Source: Emiliania huxleyi CCMP1516
Lineage: Eukaryota
Assembly: GCF_000372725.1 (NCBI RefSeq)
Contig: NW_005201249.1
Coordinates: forward strand, 272,198 to 336,197
Length of the DNA: 64,000 nucleotides
Reading direction: 5' to 3'
Under the pieces are notes generated by a model. That model made no database searches, had not been told where the DNA came from, and saw nothing but the letters and a program-made list of their open reading frames with translations. A program made the translations under genes and the position numbers. Position 1 is the stretch's first letter, and the number at the start of each line of letters is the position of its first letter. Shown here in pieces: positions 33,408 to 46,020 of this stretch.

Positions 33408-33877
33408 CCCCCCCCGAGAGAGAGAGAGGGGGGGGGGGGGGGGAGAGAGAGAGAGAGAGAGGGGAGCACCCCCCCTGAGACGACACACTCTCACGCCGCT
33501 GGCCCTTAGAGTCACGCTGCATGCCGCCGCTTGCGCCCTCCCGCCCGCACCCTGCGGACCACCGCCGCCAACCACCGCCGCCGCCGGCCCAGGTCTTTGA
33601 CCGCCGCGCCGCCGCCAAGATTGGGCGCGAGCTGCGGCGCAAGAGGCGCAAGGAGGAGGCAGCCGCCGCGAAGGCGCGTGGCGAGGCGGCGCCGTCCGCC
33701 CCGCCGCCCGCCGCGTGGCCGTGGGAGCTGTGGGGCGGCGGCGGGTGGGGCAGCGGCGGGTGGAGTCTGCGGCTGCCGTGGTGCATCGGCGAGCGGAGGT
33801 CCTCCTCGCCCAGCAGCCCAACAACCTCGCCACTCGCGCCGGCGGCACAGGGCAGCCTCCCGGCGCTGAAGCAGTAG
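31374..33877 (+). CDS. EF-hand-containing membrane protein (multi-exon)
   Basis: AFRDADISG|DGEVDHAEV and RFDLDG|SGHLGEEEF form an EF-hand pair; hydrophobic segments on both sides. Confidence 0.7.
32362..32636 (+). repeat. Intronic 63-bp tandem repeat (exon end + (ATCTCCCCAT)n)
   Basis: CCTCGACGGCGCGAGACCTCC occurs 5 times with ATCTCCCCAT arrays between. Confidence 0.9.
33321..33402. repeat. (CA)n microsatellite
   Basis: Direct reading. Confidence 0.95.
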
Positions 33878-34493
33878 CGCCTGTGCGAGCTGCATGAGCT
33901 CGCATGCGCCGCGCTTGGGGGTTGGCTCGGTGCCTGCTGCCTGGCTCGCTGCGCCCCGGGCCCAGGGAGACCGTCAGCGTCACATAGCAGTCGTCAGCGG
34001 GGGCGGATACCGGATTCCGCGCTCCTCCCCGTCCTCGCGGTCGCGCGGCGCCCGTCTCGGATTTTCGCCAAAGCCGAAAGCGCAAGGCAAAGGCCAAAAA
34101 GCAATTATCGTCACAATCGTTATGGCCCTGGACTCAGATGAGAGAGATGTACCACGACAATAGCCCACACAATGTAGTAAGAGAGCCACACGCCACACGG
34201 CATCAAATAGAGACTCGAGTACACTCAGAAGTCAGATCTCAGTCAGGGCCTCGCGGTGCGCCGCTTTGACTGTGTCAAACAGGGTGCCCGCTCCTGTCCC
34301 CTTGTGCGGGGCAGCGGGCAAGCCCTGCCCAAGCATCGAGAATCACACGCGAACCTTTTCGGACCGGATGGGGAGGGAGGGAGAGAGAGACCAGCAGGGC
34401 GCCCGAAGAGTCCGAGGCGCGTGGCGGGGCGAGCGCACTGTCGCGGAGTCTCGGAGTAGCGAGTACGCGGGCGACGATGCGCCTCTCCCACCC

Positions 34494-35474
34494 TCACACG
34501 GATGCCTCCTCGGCCAGCGCCAACCGCACAATGTCGGACGAGGTGATGATGCCCACGAGCCGGCCGACCGGGTTGACCACGCACAGCCGGTTGTGCCGCG
34601 CCTGTGCAGTGGGTCTGCCGTGAGGCGGCTGCCAGAGGCGCAAAGGCGGACCCTCGGGCATCCCGCGCCGGAGAGCCATGCAGTCGCGTCTACAGTCCGG
34701 CTACACCCCGCGCTCTCCCTCTCTCCCTCTCGCCTTGAGCATGCGCGCCGCCGCCTCCTGCATCGTCGCCGTCTCCTCGATGCAGGCCGGCGAGCGAGAC
34801 ATTGCAGACGCGACCGTCTCCGCCTGCAGGAAGGCTCCGAGGCGGCTCAGGGAAGGCTCATGGAGACAGGTCAACGAGAGGCCCGCTGCGCCTCAATCTT
34901 GCGCAGCCGCACCGTGTTCTCCGCGTACCGCACGCTCGCCGCGCCCTCGCCACCGAGCTTGAGCGAGGCGCGGCCGGCGACCTCGCAACAGCAGAGGAGG
35001 CGCGGGTCAGGACTGCGGCGCTGGCTCTGGTGTGGCGGGAGGGAAGAAGGGAATGGAGCAAGACACCAACTCGTTCTCTCTCTCTCGCGCGCGTAGCTCG
35101 CGGTGCATCTCTCTGCCGAGTCTCTCTGCCGGCACCTTGTACAGCAGGTCCGTCTGGGAGAGGATACCGACGACTTTGCCGTCGTCCAGGACGGGCGCGC
35201 CGGTGATCCCGGAGGCGTCGAGGATGCGCGCCGCCGACATCAGGTCGTCCTCGGGCTTGAGGAATACGACGTCAGCCTTCATGAAGCGAGACACGATCTC
35301 ATCGTGGCCCGGCCAGTTCTGCTCCTTCCGGCCCATGAAGCCGAGCCAAGAGGGCCGCTCGGCGAGCAAGCAGGGCTGCGGCGAGCGCGCGGCACGACCG
35401 CCCAGCGCAGGCCTCGAGGCGGGGAGCGCCGCGACCAGAGCGGCGGTCGTCCACAGCAACATACACATGAACAT
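34494..35474 (-). CDS. CBS-pair domain protein, probably plastid-targeted
   Basis: Signal + transit-like N-terminus; VSRFMKADVV..GITGAPVLDDGKVVGILSQTDLL and TVASAMSRSP..|ARHNRLCVVNPVGRLVGIITSSDIV. Confidence 0.88.
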
Positions 35475-35662
35475 GCCGCTCGCTCAATGATTGTAGCGAC
35501 GACCAGGCCGGATTTCTTTTTCCGAGTCAAGAACACGGCTCCTCCGTCTCTTTGTATCTTCAACACCGCTGCGTTTATCAGTCCCTCGACGCTGCAGCGA
35601 CGTTGTTAGAAGAAACACGAAGGCCGTGACGCTGCTGGTTGTAGTCGACGCCATTCGGTGCG

Positions 35663-37205
35663 ATGCTCGCCGTTCTCCCTGCACTCGCAGGCCTCGCTGT
35701 CACTGCGCCCACCTCCTCGCGCGGCGTGGCGCACCGCGTGCTGCTGCGCTGTGCGCGCGATGGCGCGTTTGCCGACCGGGCGCTCTCCTCCGCCATCGAG
35801 GGCGCGGGCGGCCTGAGCGGTGGCGACCGGGCGCTTGCCACCGAGCTGGTGTACGGTGTGCTTCGTCACACCCGCTCGCTGGACCACAGCCTGGCCCAGC
35901 TTGCGACGCTGAACCGGACGGCGCTCCCCACCGCCGTGGCGCTGCGGATCGGTGCATATGAGCTCCTCCACCTCTCGACGCCCGACCACGCAGCAGTCGA
36001 CGAGGCGGTGTCGCTGATCGGCGCAAAGGCGCAGCGCCGCTTCGTCAACGGCGTGCTCCGCAACCTCGCGCGCGGCCGAGGCCGCCTCGTCTCCCCAGAC
36101 GCGGACCCTCGCCTCGGAGCCCGCGCGGCGCTCGCGGTGAGTACAGTGAAGAGAACTCTGGGTGCGCCGCTGCGTGACGAAGCCGAGACCCATCCCGATC
36201 CATTAGGTGCGCACGTCTACGCCCGAGTGGCTGCTCGACGACGTGGCGCGCGCTCTCCGCGGCGACGAGGCGGCGGCGCTGGAGGAGGAGGGCGGAGAGG
36301 CGGCAGCGGCGGAGGCGGAGGTCGTGGCTTGGGCCGAGGCGAGCCAGCGGGCGCCGCGGCTGGCGCTGCGCGTCAACGAGGCGCGCTGCACTGCCGACGC
36401 CGCGCTGTCCGCGCTGGTCGGCGCCGGAGTGGACGCTACGCTGCACCCGGCCGCGCCGGGCTGCCTGCTCGTGCGTGGCGGCGGGGCGCCGCACCGGCTG
36501 CCCGGCTTTGCGGAGGGGCACTGGACAGTTCAGGACGCGGCGGCGGCGCTGATCGGCGCGCTCGCGGCGCCGGCGGCGGGCGGCGCCGTCGTGCTCGAGC
36601 TCTGCGCCGCGCCCGGCGGCAAGACGACCCACCTCGCGTCTCTGCTCGGCGAAGGCGGCGTCGTGGTCGCCGTCGAGCTGCACAGCCGCAAGCTGCGCCT
36701 GATCGAGGAGTCGAGCGCACGCCTCGGCGTCGCCGCCGCCGTCCGCCCCGTCGCCGCCGACGCGACGGACGTGCCAGCCCTCCGCGCGGCCCTCGCAGCC
36801 CACGCCGGCGGCGCGCAAGCCGCCGATTGCGTGCTGGTCGACGCGCCGTGCTCTGGGATGGGGACGCTGCGCCGTAACCCGGAGCACCGCGCGAAGGGGC
36901 GCGCGCAGCTCGCCGCGCTGCCCGCGCTGCAGGGGCGGCTCCTCGACGCGGCGTCCGCGTGCGTGCGCGTCGGCGGCGTGGTGACGTATTCGGTGTGCAC
37001 GCCGCGCGCCGAGGAGGGCGACGACGTGCTCGCCGCCTTTTTGCAGCGGCACGCGGGCCGATTCGAGCTGGAGCGGATCGAGGCGGCCGCGCTGCGACCC
37101 TTCGCCGCGCCGAGGGAGCGCTGGGGCGGCGACGTGCTCCAGACGTGGACGCACCGGCACGAGCTCGACTCGCACTACGCGGCGCGGATGCGGCGCGTCG
37201 CGTAG
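35663..37205 (+). CDS. rsmB: RsmB/Sun-type rRNA m5C methyltransferase (NusB-like + NOL1/NOP2 domains), organellar
   Basis: DRALATELVYGVLR, LRIGAYEL, FVNGVLR; STPEWL, LRVN, VQD, LCAAPGGKTTH, LVDAPCSGMG, TYSVCT..EE; intron ~36138-36206. Confidence 0.92.
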
Positions 37206-37707
37206 TTTTAAGGCGAATCGGGTGGGGAAGGTATTGAACTGCCTTAAAACGGAAGGGCACGTCCTGTTCACGCGATGGCCAGCCGTGGTGTGAGCCCGAA
37301 GGGTCGGCGAGAGTCGGCAGGCCAGCAGAGCCCTCGGTCAATATTGGCTCTGACGCCGTAGAGTTTGTTGTAGAGATTTCACGTTGAAGAGCGCCTCTAC
37401 ATCGCTCTACAACGCAGGCGTTCCAAATTTGGGGGGGGGAACCAAATTTTGGGGGCGCCGGGATGTACCCGGGTACAACGAAGTCCGGGATATAACGTAC
37501 CAATGACTACTTCTGACACGATGGTGTCAAACTTTGGGCTTCGATAGCCTTATTGCGTAAAGCCTCCCACCTATCTTGGACCGGCTTTTTGGGCATTGGT
37601 TGCGCAACCCGACCGCAGCGAGGGAAAAAAAGAAAAGTGCCGGCCCAGTGGCGCCCCGCACAAGAACCTTTTTTATGATTATTATATACTGGAGACGTAT
37701 CAACAGG

Positions 37708-37792
37708 GCGAATATATCGCAATATAAGCCAATATATCCCAATATTCTCCAATATATCCGGACCGTATATTGCGATATATTGGCTTATATTC
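37708..37792. repeat. AT-rich palindromic element
   Basis: ATATATCGCAATATA and AATATAAGCCAATATATC are followed by their reverse complements. Confidence 0.7.
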
Positions 37793-38496
37793 CACATTTC
37801 AGCCGATGAACTCTGACCGTCAGTTCGTGATTGAATTGTAACAATGCTTGTAATCACGATCGATGCGAGGACGCAAGTCCACCAACCTCGGCCATTCCAA
37901 CGGCCAGATCGCTCGCTTAAGGCTGATTGGCTAGACGAGCGGTCTACCTCCAACGGGGCGGTCCGGGAACGCGTGGAACCTGCCCGCCTCGGTGGGAGGT
38001 GGTTTGGCGCCGACGGGCCGCCCTCTCCACCACCCTCGCCCAGGGATCTACAATGCTGTCTTAAGGTCCGACAGGTTCGGCACCGGGCACCGCCTCGGTA
38101 TACAAAATGCGCCTGCGGGCGGACCCTTACAGATCACAGATCACATTTCAGCTGTGAAGCTTATTGTCAGTATTCTCTCAAGTGTTTTCGTCATTTTCGT
38201 CATTTTCCTCAATCGCTGTGAACCCAGCCACGTACGCGTGTGCGAAAAACGCGAAACGGTGGGTGGTGGCTGGTGGCTCCGGCCACGGCGGCGGTTACAA
38301 CTTACTTCAAGTGTACAGTGTTCATCTGCTTACAACACACCCACCGGCGCTCTCTCCAAAACTCTCGAGCCCGCTCTCTCCGGACTCCGCGCGCCGCTCG
38401 GCGCTCGCGGGCGGGGCCCGGGGCGCCCGCGGCCGCGCGCCGCTCCGCCGGCGGCCGGCGCGATGTCGCCCCGCCGCCACGCAAAGCGGATATGTG

Positions 38497-39468
38497 TCAC
38501 GTGCCGAGGAGTAGCGAGCGAGCCCTTTTCCCTGAGGACGGCTTCAGGTAGCACCGGAACGGGGAGCCGTGATGAACGGTGTACGAGACGTCTGAGTAGT
38601 GCAGCTCACAAGGTCTGCCTGATGAGACGCCCGCGACGTTCCACTCGTACGCGCGGCAAGTCGGATCCGCCTCGCAGAGAGCCTGGCACCGCGCCTGATC
38701 GACGCCGGCAAACGCCTCGAAGGCGCCAAGCGAGCACGCGTCCTGGATCCCCTTGCAGTCGTGGGCGTTGCGCGCGTTGCAGCCCGGATAGCAGCCAAAG
38801 CACTGTGTCGGGTGCGAGGCCGGCATGTCACACGTGGCGCTGCGGCAGGCGCCCTGCACACCCCCAGGCGGCGCCCATTCGACGGGCGACGCGGAGGGCA
38901 GCAGCGGCTGCGGCGGCAAGGGAGACGTGGAGGGCATCAGGCTCCAGAGCATCGACCGGAACTGGTCCGAGTCCTTGACGTGGCATGTGACGCCTCGCTC
39001 ACCCCGAAATGTCTTGGCGATCACTTCCCTGTGCAGCTCGCAGAGGCTGAAGCTCCCAACCTGCCCAAACTCGTACGCAAGGCAGTCGATCATGCGCGCG
39101 CACTCGTCGCGACACACGATCTCAGACACCTGCCACCTCTCGTCGTACCGTCCAGTGCCGCCGTGCGGGGTCGCGCAGCCGCCCGTGGAATTCAGCCAGC
39201 GGGTCCCCATCTGGGCGGAGGAGGGCGACGGCGGCGGCGGCGGCGGCATCGAGGGCGGCTGCGGCGGCAGCGGCGAGGGCGGCGGCCGCTGGGGCGACGG
39301 CGAGGTCGGAGGGGGCAGCGACGGCGCCGGTGAATATATTTTTTCGTAGCACGTCGTGGCGATGGCGCTAAGAGGTTCCTCTTTTCCGCGCCCCCCCCGC
39401 AAGGCGCGCGATACACAAAAACACAACCCCGGACGCAAGACGCACAAGCACAGACGTTCACGTGACAA
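38497..39468 (-). CDS. Pro-rich protein with two PAN/Apple-like Cys modules (possibly 5'-incomplete)
   Basis: CRDECARMIDCLAYEF..CELH and CQALCEADPTCRAYEW..CELH with Pro-rich linkers. Confidence 0.65.
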   Translation of the reverse strand: MSRERLCLCVLRPGLCFCVSRALRGGRGKEEPLSAIATTCYEKIYSPAPSLPPPTSPSPQRPPPSPLPPQPPSMPPPPPPSPSSAQMGTRWLNSTGGCATPHGGTGRYDERWQVSEIVCRDECARMIDCLAYEFGQVGSFSLCELHREVIAKTFRGERGVTCHVKDSDQFRSMLWSLMPSTSPLPPQPLLPSASPVEWAPPGGVQGACRSATCDMPASHPTQCFGCYPGCNARNAHDCKGIQDACSLGAFEAFAGVDQARCQALCEADPTCRAYEWNVAGVSSGRPCELHYSDVSYTVHHGSPFRCYLKPSSGKRARSLLLGT

Positions 39469-40320
39469 GGATCAATCTGGCTTGGCCTCCCCGCTTGGGC
39501 GACGCTTGGCGACACATGCCAGCCACCTCAAGCGGGGCCGCCCCTTCGGCGGCGAGGACATGAAGAGAGCGTCCATAGACACCTCACTAGACCCCACACA
39601 CGGTCTCGTCCGTGCCTCGCCGGCCGGCGAGATTGCTCGAGGTGGAGCAAGCCTGCTCTAGCCTCGCATGTTACTTCCTGTCGTCTGTTGTTTGTTGTGC
39701 CCTTGTTTGTTCCTTTGGCACCTTGGAGTGCTGGGGGGGGCGACAGGGAGGATGTGGCCCAGGGAGGAGGGGAAGACGTAGGGTTGAGCTGGACTCGCCT
39801 TTCCTGAGGCCCCTCCCCGAAAGGCAAGTATTAGCCACACGAAACCGAGACCCCTCCCCATCGCCCCGATCCCCCCACCCCCTTGCTCCCCTCCCCCCCT
39901 CGGGAGGGCCGAACTGAGGCGCCCGTGGGGACCCCGCAATTCCCTTCCCCCCTCGGAGGCAGGGCCGGACAGAGGCGTCGAGGGCCCCGCTCTATCCTTC
40001 GCATAGCGGCCACTCTTCGGATCGCTGGTCGAGCGACCCGGGGGATGCCCCGCGCGCCTGACCCAGGCGCGAGAAACGAATCTGCGAGGCGAGGCCGCTC
40101 ATGCGGCCCGATAGGGAGGAACGGGGCGGACTACGGGGATCGGCCTCTAACACCGCCCTTCCTTGCAGCGAGCCCCCTCCAGCCCACCCGCGCTAGGTCT
40201 CGGGTTTGACGCTTTTGGGGTCACTCCCGCGAAACTCGTGAACTAGCCGGGGCAGTCGGAGAAGGGGCAACTCCGTGCACTGACGGTCGGCCGTCAGAAA
40301 ACACGCCTCCGTGGATCGGG

Positions 40321-40539
40321 TTACACCGATCCTCGCTGCGCGTACACATCGTACACATCGAACTGGTACTGCTCTGCCTTCTCTGTTGCAGCGTTCGACC
40401 AAGTCTCGACGTCCAACTCAAGCTGGGCGTGCTTGATGGCCGAGAAGTTGAGGTGCCCAGATGGGTTGAACGCCTCGGGCTGCAGAGCGTTGAGAGGGAT
40501 GGCAAAGATGTCCTTCCTGTCCAGTGAGCCGGCCAGCAT
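40321..40539 (-). pseudogene. Fragment resembling the C-terminus of an NCLDV (giant virus) major capsid protein
   Basis: DRKDIFAIPLNALQPEAFNPSGHLNFSAIKHAQLEL...QFDVY resembles the capsid motif IYxYSFALxPExxQPSGxxNFSRIxxAxL...VYA. Confidence 0.7.
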
Positions 40540-41127
40540 CCGTGCAGGTCGTGAGACGACTCGTTCTCAGACACATCCACGTGCTTGTCCACTGCCCGCG
40601 CGTAGTCTGTGGACGTGTTAGTGTGTGAGCGACGAGAGGACACGAGCTGACAGCGTCAGCGTGTCAGCGTGTCAGCGTGTCGGCGGTCAGCTCGTGTCGG
40701 CGTGTCGGCGGCGGTCACTGCACAGCTCGGCGTTCACAAATCCGACGACCAGTTGTCCTTTCCAAAAAGGCGAATCAGTACTCAGTCTTACACACCTCCA
40801 AGCATGGAGGACGGGCCCACACGCACACACACGCTGCACACGATTGGCTCGGGAGCCGACACGAGGCACACTGTCACCGGCCTTAGCACCGGGTCCGGAC
40901 TGCTGGACACAGCCGAATCTTTTAAAGAAAATATTCTTGCTTTCTCTTAAAAAAAGAAACCCGCGCGCCAGCGTGCGTGACGTGTCATCGCGACGGCCGT
41001 GCACGAGTTGACGGCCGCGTGCTACGGAGCAGTCTGCCCCTCCGTCGCTACCCACCCCACCAAGTCAGCAGCCATAGCACATAACTTGCGGCGAGGAAGG
41101 CAGCTGGCGGTGGCGGGTACGGCACCG

Positions 41128-43078
41128 ATGCAGACCCCGCCGCACTGCGATCGCGGCGGCCCTCGCCCTCGCGTCTACACCTACACGCTCCCAAAGCACC
41201 TCCACGCTGCGCCCGATTATTGGCGCCAGGGCAAAGCGCTGCTGCAGTGGGTCCGCACGAGCGTCCACCACGAGCCCGACGGGGACTGTGCCGACTATTG
41301 GCTGCTGCCCGGCTTCCCGCCAAACGTCTTTAGCCGGGCAGACATGAGGCGCCTGTGCGACGACCCCACCATCGCAATTTTACCGCGGCCCTCACCCCGC
41401 GCACTCAAACTGCAGGTCGCTGGGCGACGTGCGAATCGCTCGCATCTTCCACTACCTCCGCTCGCGCTGGCCGTGGTGGAACCGGACTGCCGACGCGGGC
41501 CAGGCGCGGCACGTGCTGCTGCTGCCAGGCGACCACGGCCCGGGAGACACGGGCTACGACCGTCCAATCTACCCGCACAAGTGGTCGCCGACCGACTCTG
41601 ACGCCGCGCAGGACCGCCGGAACCACGTCTGGAACGGCTCGCACGCCGCGGAGATCCGCAGGCTGTGGGGCGCCGGCTGGGAGGCACTCAACCCCGCGAG
41701 CCCCGGCCGGCTCGTCCTCTTCCTCCTCTACAGCGGCTGGGCGGACCAGCTCACCAGCCAGCGAGGCCACTGCCTCAACTGCTTCACCCACGGGCTCGAC
41801 GTGCGGCTGCCTTCGGACGAGGCGCACACCTGCGGGCCGCTGTGCGGACTGCCGCGCCGCAGGACGGCCGAGTGCCCAGAGTGCGGCCTGGGGCGGAAGG
41901 GGAGGGTCGCCGCGCTCGGGCGCCTCGTGGCGGCGCCATCGCCGACGGCGGCGCGCAACTGCTCGCTCCACTGGGCCGGGCGGGGAAGCGTGGGCAGCAA
42001 CCCCGCCCGAAAGACGCTGCTCCAGCTGGTGGACGCCCCGGGCGTGTGTATCCACGACACGGGGCGGAGCGGCGTCAACGCGGTCGACATCCCGTCCGCG
42101 ATGCGCACATCGCGTTTCTGCTTCTCCCCTCGCGGGTGGGACAACGGCGACTCGGACCGCTACCTCCCGGCGCTTCTCCACGGCTGCATCCCGGTGCTCT
42201 CGGACCCGCTCGAGGCGATGCCGCTGCAGGAGCGAGGCGGCGCCGCGGCGGCGCGAGGAGGCGGCGTCTCTTCACAGCTTCCGCCGTGAGCAGGAGCTGC
42301 GCGACGAGTGGCGGTGGGAGGAGGCGGCGCTCGCGGTGGACGTGGCTCGCATCCCCAAGCTGCCGCAGGTGCTGGGCAGCCTCGGCCCCGGCGCGGAGGC
42401 GGCGCTCCGTGCGACGGGCGAAGCGGCGCGCGAGCACCGGCTGCCTCCCCGCCCTCCTCGCCCTCCTCGTGCGCTGCTGACACCTCGCGGCGTGAGCAGG
42501 CGCGCGAGCGCATGCTCTACACCACGCTCGCCTTCGACTGCTGCGCGCCCGCCGCCTGCAACGCCTCGCGGGCGCGGGCCGCTCCCTCGACCCACAGCCA
42601 CGCGCGATCGGTGCGGCAGGCGAGGCTGTGGCAGCCGTCCCCGTGCGGGCCAGAGCGGCGGCGGAGGGCGGGCTCGTACATCGGCGAGGACGGGTCTCGC
42701 GACGCCTTCTCGGGGCTGATGAAGGTGCTGGCGGGCCGCCTCTCTGGCGAGCCTGCGCCGCCCGAGCCGTGGAGCACGCGCGCGGACTGCCTCGAGCCGG
42801 GCGGCGCGGCGGCGCCTGGCGGCCGGCCGTGCGCCCCCCTCGCGCACCTCGTGCGAGAAGGGGACGGCCGGCCGAGGCCGAGGGACAAGGCGCACCTCGT
42901 CAAGGAGGGCCGCCCCTCTGCCGACTGGTTCCAGCGCCGCCACGGCTGGGCCACCGCTCTCAAGGAGAGGGCGGTGCCGAGGCTGGCTGAGTTTCCCGCG
43001 CCGGCGGCGTCGCACCGCCGTTTGCTCGCCACCGCTGCTCGCGAGGGCGGGATGGCGGCAAGGGCGGGCGGGTCGTGA
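41128..43078 (+). CDS. Exostosin-family glycosyltransferase (GT47)
   Basis: PRVYTYTLP, CADYWLLP, WPWWNRT..HVLLLPGDHG, MRTSRFCFSPRG..GCIPV, W..AALAVDVARIPKL; start uncertain. Confidence 0.8.
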
Positions 43079-43731
43079 GATGAGAGTGGCGATTAGTAAG
43101 CGCGGCTAGCTGCGGACCGCTGTGAGCGGAGGTTTGCCCCGCAACAGGTGAGATGCTTTTGCGTGAGCAAGAGCGTGTCGTCGGAGCATTTCCCGGGTTG
43201 CCCCGGGTGGACTCCGAGATAGCACGTCGGTCAGGGGGATTAACGTTAACGAATAAATTTGTGTATTTCCCCATATGAGGGATCTTGGGAAGCGACGCGT
43301 GTCTCTTTTATGGACCTGAGGGCCCAACTTGAGAATCGTGCTTTGAGTTGGGTTGTTTCGTGTTGGGTTGGGTTGTGCTTGGGTTGGGTTGTTCCGCGTG
43401 AGGTTGGGTCGTCGGCGCGAAGGGTGAGTCTCGACCGCCGCCGCTCACGCCAGCGGACGGCCACTGCCGGTGTTTTTGGCTTCGCCACCGTCCAAGGCGT
43501 GCGCCATGCGCTCGCCGGCATCGAGCGAGCAACGTGATCGACCGAGCGGCTTGCTGTGTGGTCGCCTTCTTGTGGCTCTCGTCGAGAGCGTTTTGCGTCC
43601 CGGCGGGTGGGAGAGCATGTGTCGTCTGATGTGTCACTGTGTACGCGTCATTTCAGTCTTGATAATAAGCACGGTCGATCCGTCAAAGGACAAAGCGATA
43701 CACTCATTCCTATCACGCTGGAGGGCTGGCA

Positions 43732-44105
43732 CGGAGCTCTGTGCCGGCACACAGAAGAGCCGTGCGGCAAGAAGAGCTCGATGGGGAGCGAGAACCGTCA
43801 GATTTTCAGGTGTAACCTGAAGTCCGTCGCGACGCACTCAATCCCTCCCGAGCGAAAGCCTGTGGCTCTCTCGAACTCGTCGATATATTGCGAATAAACT
43901 GCTCTTCCCGCATAGCTTGCAGAGTCAGAGGCGCAGAAAGGCTACGAGTGTTCGACGAGTCTTGCGAGCTGCGCGGTCAAACCTGGGGGGGACTGACCGC
44001 ATCAAGGCGGACTTCCGAAACCTGGGTGAGCACCTCTGGCAGTTCTCGCTCCCCATCGAGCTCTTCTTGCCGCACGGCTCTTCTGTGTGCCGGCACAGAG
44101 CTCCG
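43732..44105. repeat. 64-bp perfect inverted repeat pair abutting a gap
   Basis: 43732-43795 is the exact reverse complement of 44042-44105. Confidence 0.85.
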
Positions 44106-44224
44106 NNNNNNNNNNNNNNNNNNNNNNNNNNNNNNNNNNNNNNNNNNNNNNNNNNNNNNNNNNNNNNNNNNNNNNNNNNNNNNNNNNNNNNNNNNNNNNN
44201 NNNNNCCGACGGAACTGCCCCTTA

Positions 44225-44381
44225 CTCCATGCGGGAATCACTGGCTCAACCAACTGATCACAAATTCCCACGATATCTCACAAAGCGCCAAAATCTTCAT
44301 CGTGACAGCATAATTTGATGACTTCGATGTTGCAGAGAGAATTTGTGATCAGTTGGTTGAGCCAGTCATTCCCGCATGGAG
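44225..44381. mobile_element. 157-bp MITE-like element with 42-bp TIRs
   Basis: CTCCATGCGGGAATCACTGGCTCAACCAACTGATCACAAATT and its near-exact reverse complement. Confidence 0.7.
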
Positions 44382-44761
44382 CTCATGAGCAGAGGCCTTA
44401 GGGACGATGTCGAAATGGGGTCGTCATAAGGCCATCTGAGCAACCGCGCCGTCCGCCGTCCAGCACAATCGCCAGGGTGGCGAGCGCCGCACACAGCACT
44501 GCTCGTGCCGGTCAAGAGAGACGCGCCGGTCACAAGCACATCTAGCGCGTCCTTTGATGCTGTCTGTCGGTCCCGGGTAGCCTCGGGCGCCAATGGCGAG
44601 CTCAGGCGCGACACACAGCGCGGAACGTCGACCGACGCGAAAGTTTCGCGGCAAGAGATTGCAGCTACCTTAATGGAAATTTCTTCGGGGATTAAATTTC
44701 TTTTGCGTCGCCGAATCGCCGCTCTCACCAGCCGCTGCTCACTCAGCCGCGGCCTCAGCTC

Positions 44762-46020
44762 ATGCCTGACTGGGCCTCGCTCAGCCGGTTCGAGATTCGG
44801 CACGTGACGCTGCCTCTCCAGCGGTACCGCGCGCTAGACGTGCCCTCCCAGGTGCTCGGTCACTCCGTCTCTGGCGAGGCGATGCTGCCGCTCTTCGCCA
44901 GCCTTTACTGGTGCCTGGACCAGCACAAGTGCTTCTGCGGCATCTGGCTGGTGCCGCTCTCGGAGATGGCCAACGGCGTCGTCAAGTGGCTCACGCGCCG
45001 CGGCCGCCCCGCCTGGGTCGACGAGCGCGTGGTGATGCACCAGTGGTCGTCCGAGTTCTCCTTCCCGTCCTCGCACTCGCAGCTCGCGGCTGCGGTGATG
45101 ACGTGGCTGGTCCTCTCGTCGGCACACGCCGAGGCGGCGACATCGACGCCCGCCCTGCCCAGCGCCGCCTACGCACTGCTCGTCGCCGCCTCGCGAGTGC
45201 ACGTTGGCCTGCACTTTCCGAGCGACGTGGCAGTCGGGCTGCTATGGGGCGCGCTCTCCGCCGCCGCCTACGCCCACATCGTACTGCCCTCGCTCCCTAG
45301 CTTCGTGCACTGGAGCGCCACGAGCCGGCTCTGTGCGCTGCTGCTGCCCGCCGCCGCCGCCGGCCTCGCCGTCCACGCCGCGTATTGCGTCGCCGAGCGG
45401 TCTCGCGGCTCCGACCCGCCAGAGTGGAGTCGGAACGCGTGCCGAGGGCGGTACAAGGCGAGCGCCCCTCCCGAGGGCCCTTCCCGAGGCCCTTCCCGAG
45501 GCCCTTCCCGGGGCCCTTCCCGGGGCCCTTCCCGGGGCCCTTCCCGGGGCCCTTCCCGGGGCCCTTCCCGGGGCCCTTCCCCAGACCCTTCCGAGACGCG
45601 CCGCGAGGACACAGTCCGCCTCGCCGGCTGCCGCAGGGGCGAGAGCTCGACCCGCGGGGCGTGCCGCACGGCAACTACATGGGCATGCTGGGCGTGCTCG
45701 CCGGGCTGGCGGTCGGCGGCGCCTTCAAGCACCTCTTCCCACTCCACTACCCCGGCTCGGGCGCCTCTGCCTTTGTCCGCGCCGTCGTCGGCAACGGCGG
45801 CTGCGCCGCCGCTCCTCGGAGGTCGCCCCTCAGACACGCCCAAGACGCGTCCTCGACGCGTCCCGCAGGCGGGCTGCTCGCCCTCTTCGAGGGGATCGGC
45901 GCGGCGACGCCGAGGCAGCCGCTGCGCCTCTACGCCGCGCTCCGCTTTTTAAAGTACTGGCTCGTGCCGGTGTACATCCTCCTCCTCGCGCCGTACGCTT
46001 TTGTGCGGCTCGGCTTGTGA
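44762..46020 (+). CDS. PAP2-family lipid/sphingosine-phosphate phosphatase
   Basis: KWLTRRGRP (KX6RP), FPSSH, SRVHVGLHFPSD; two introns; several TM segments. Confidence 0.9.
45470..45594 (+). repeat. Intronic 12-bp tandem repeat (GGCCCTTCCCGR)n
   Basis: Direct reading, ~9 copies. Confidence 0.9.

Noticed and set aside
33192..34097. ORFs with CV/TH repeats
   Set aside because: Translations of the (CA)n microsatellite
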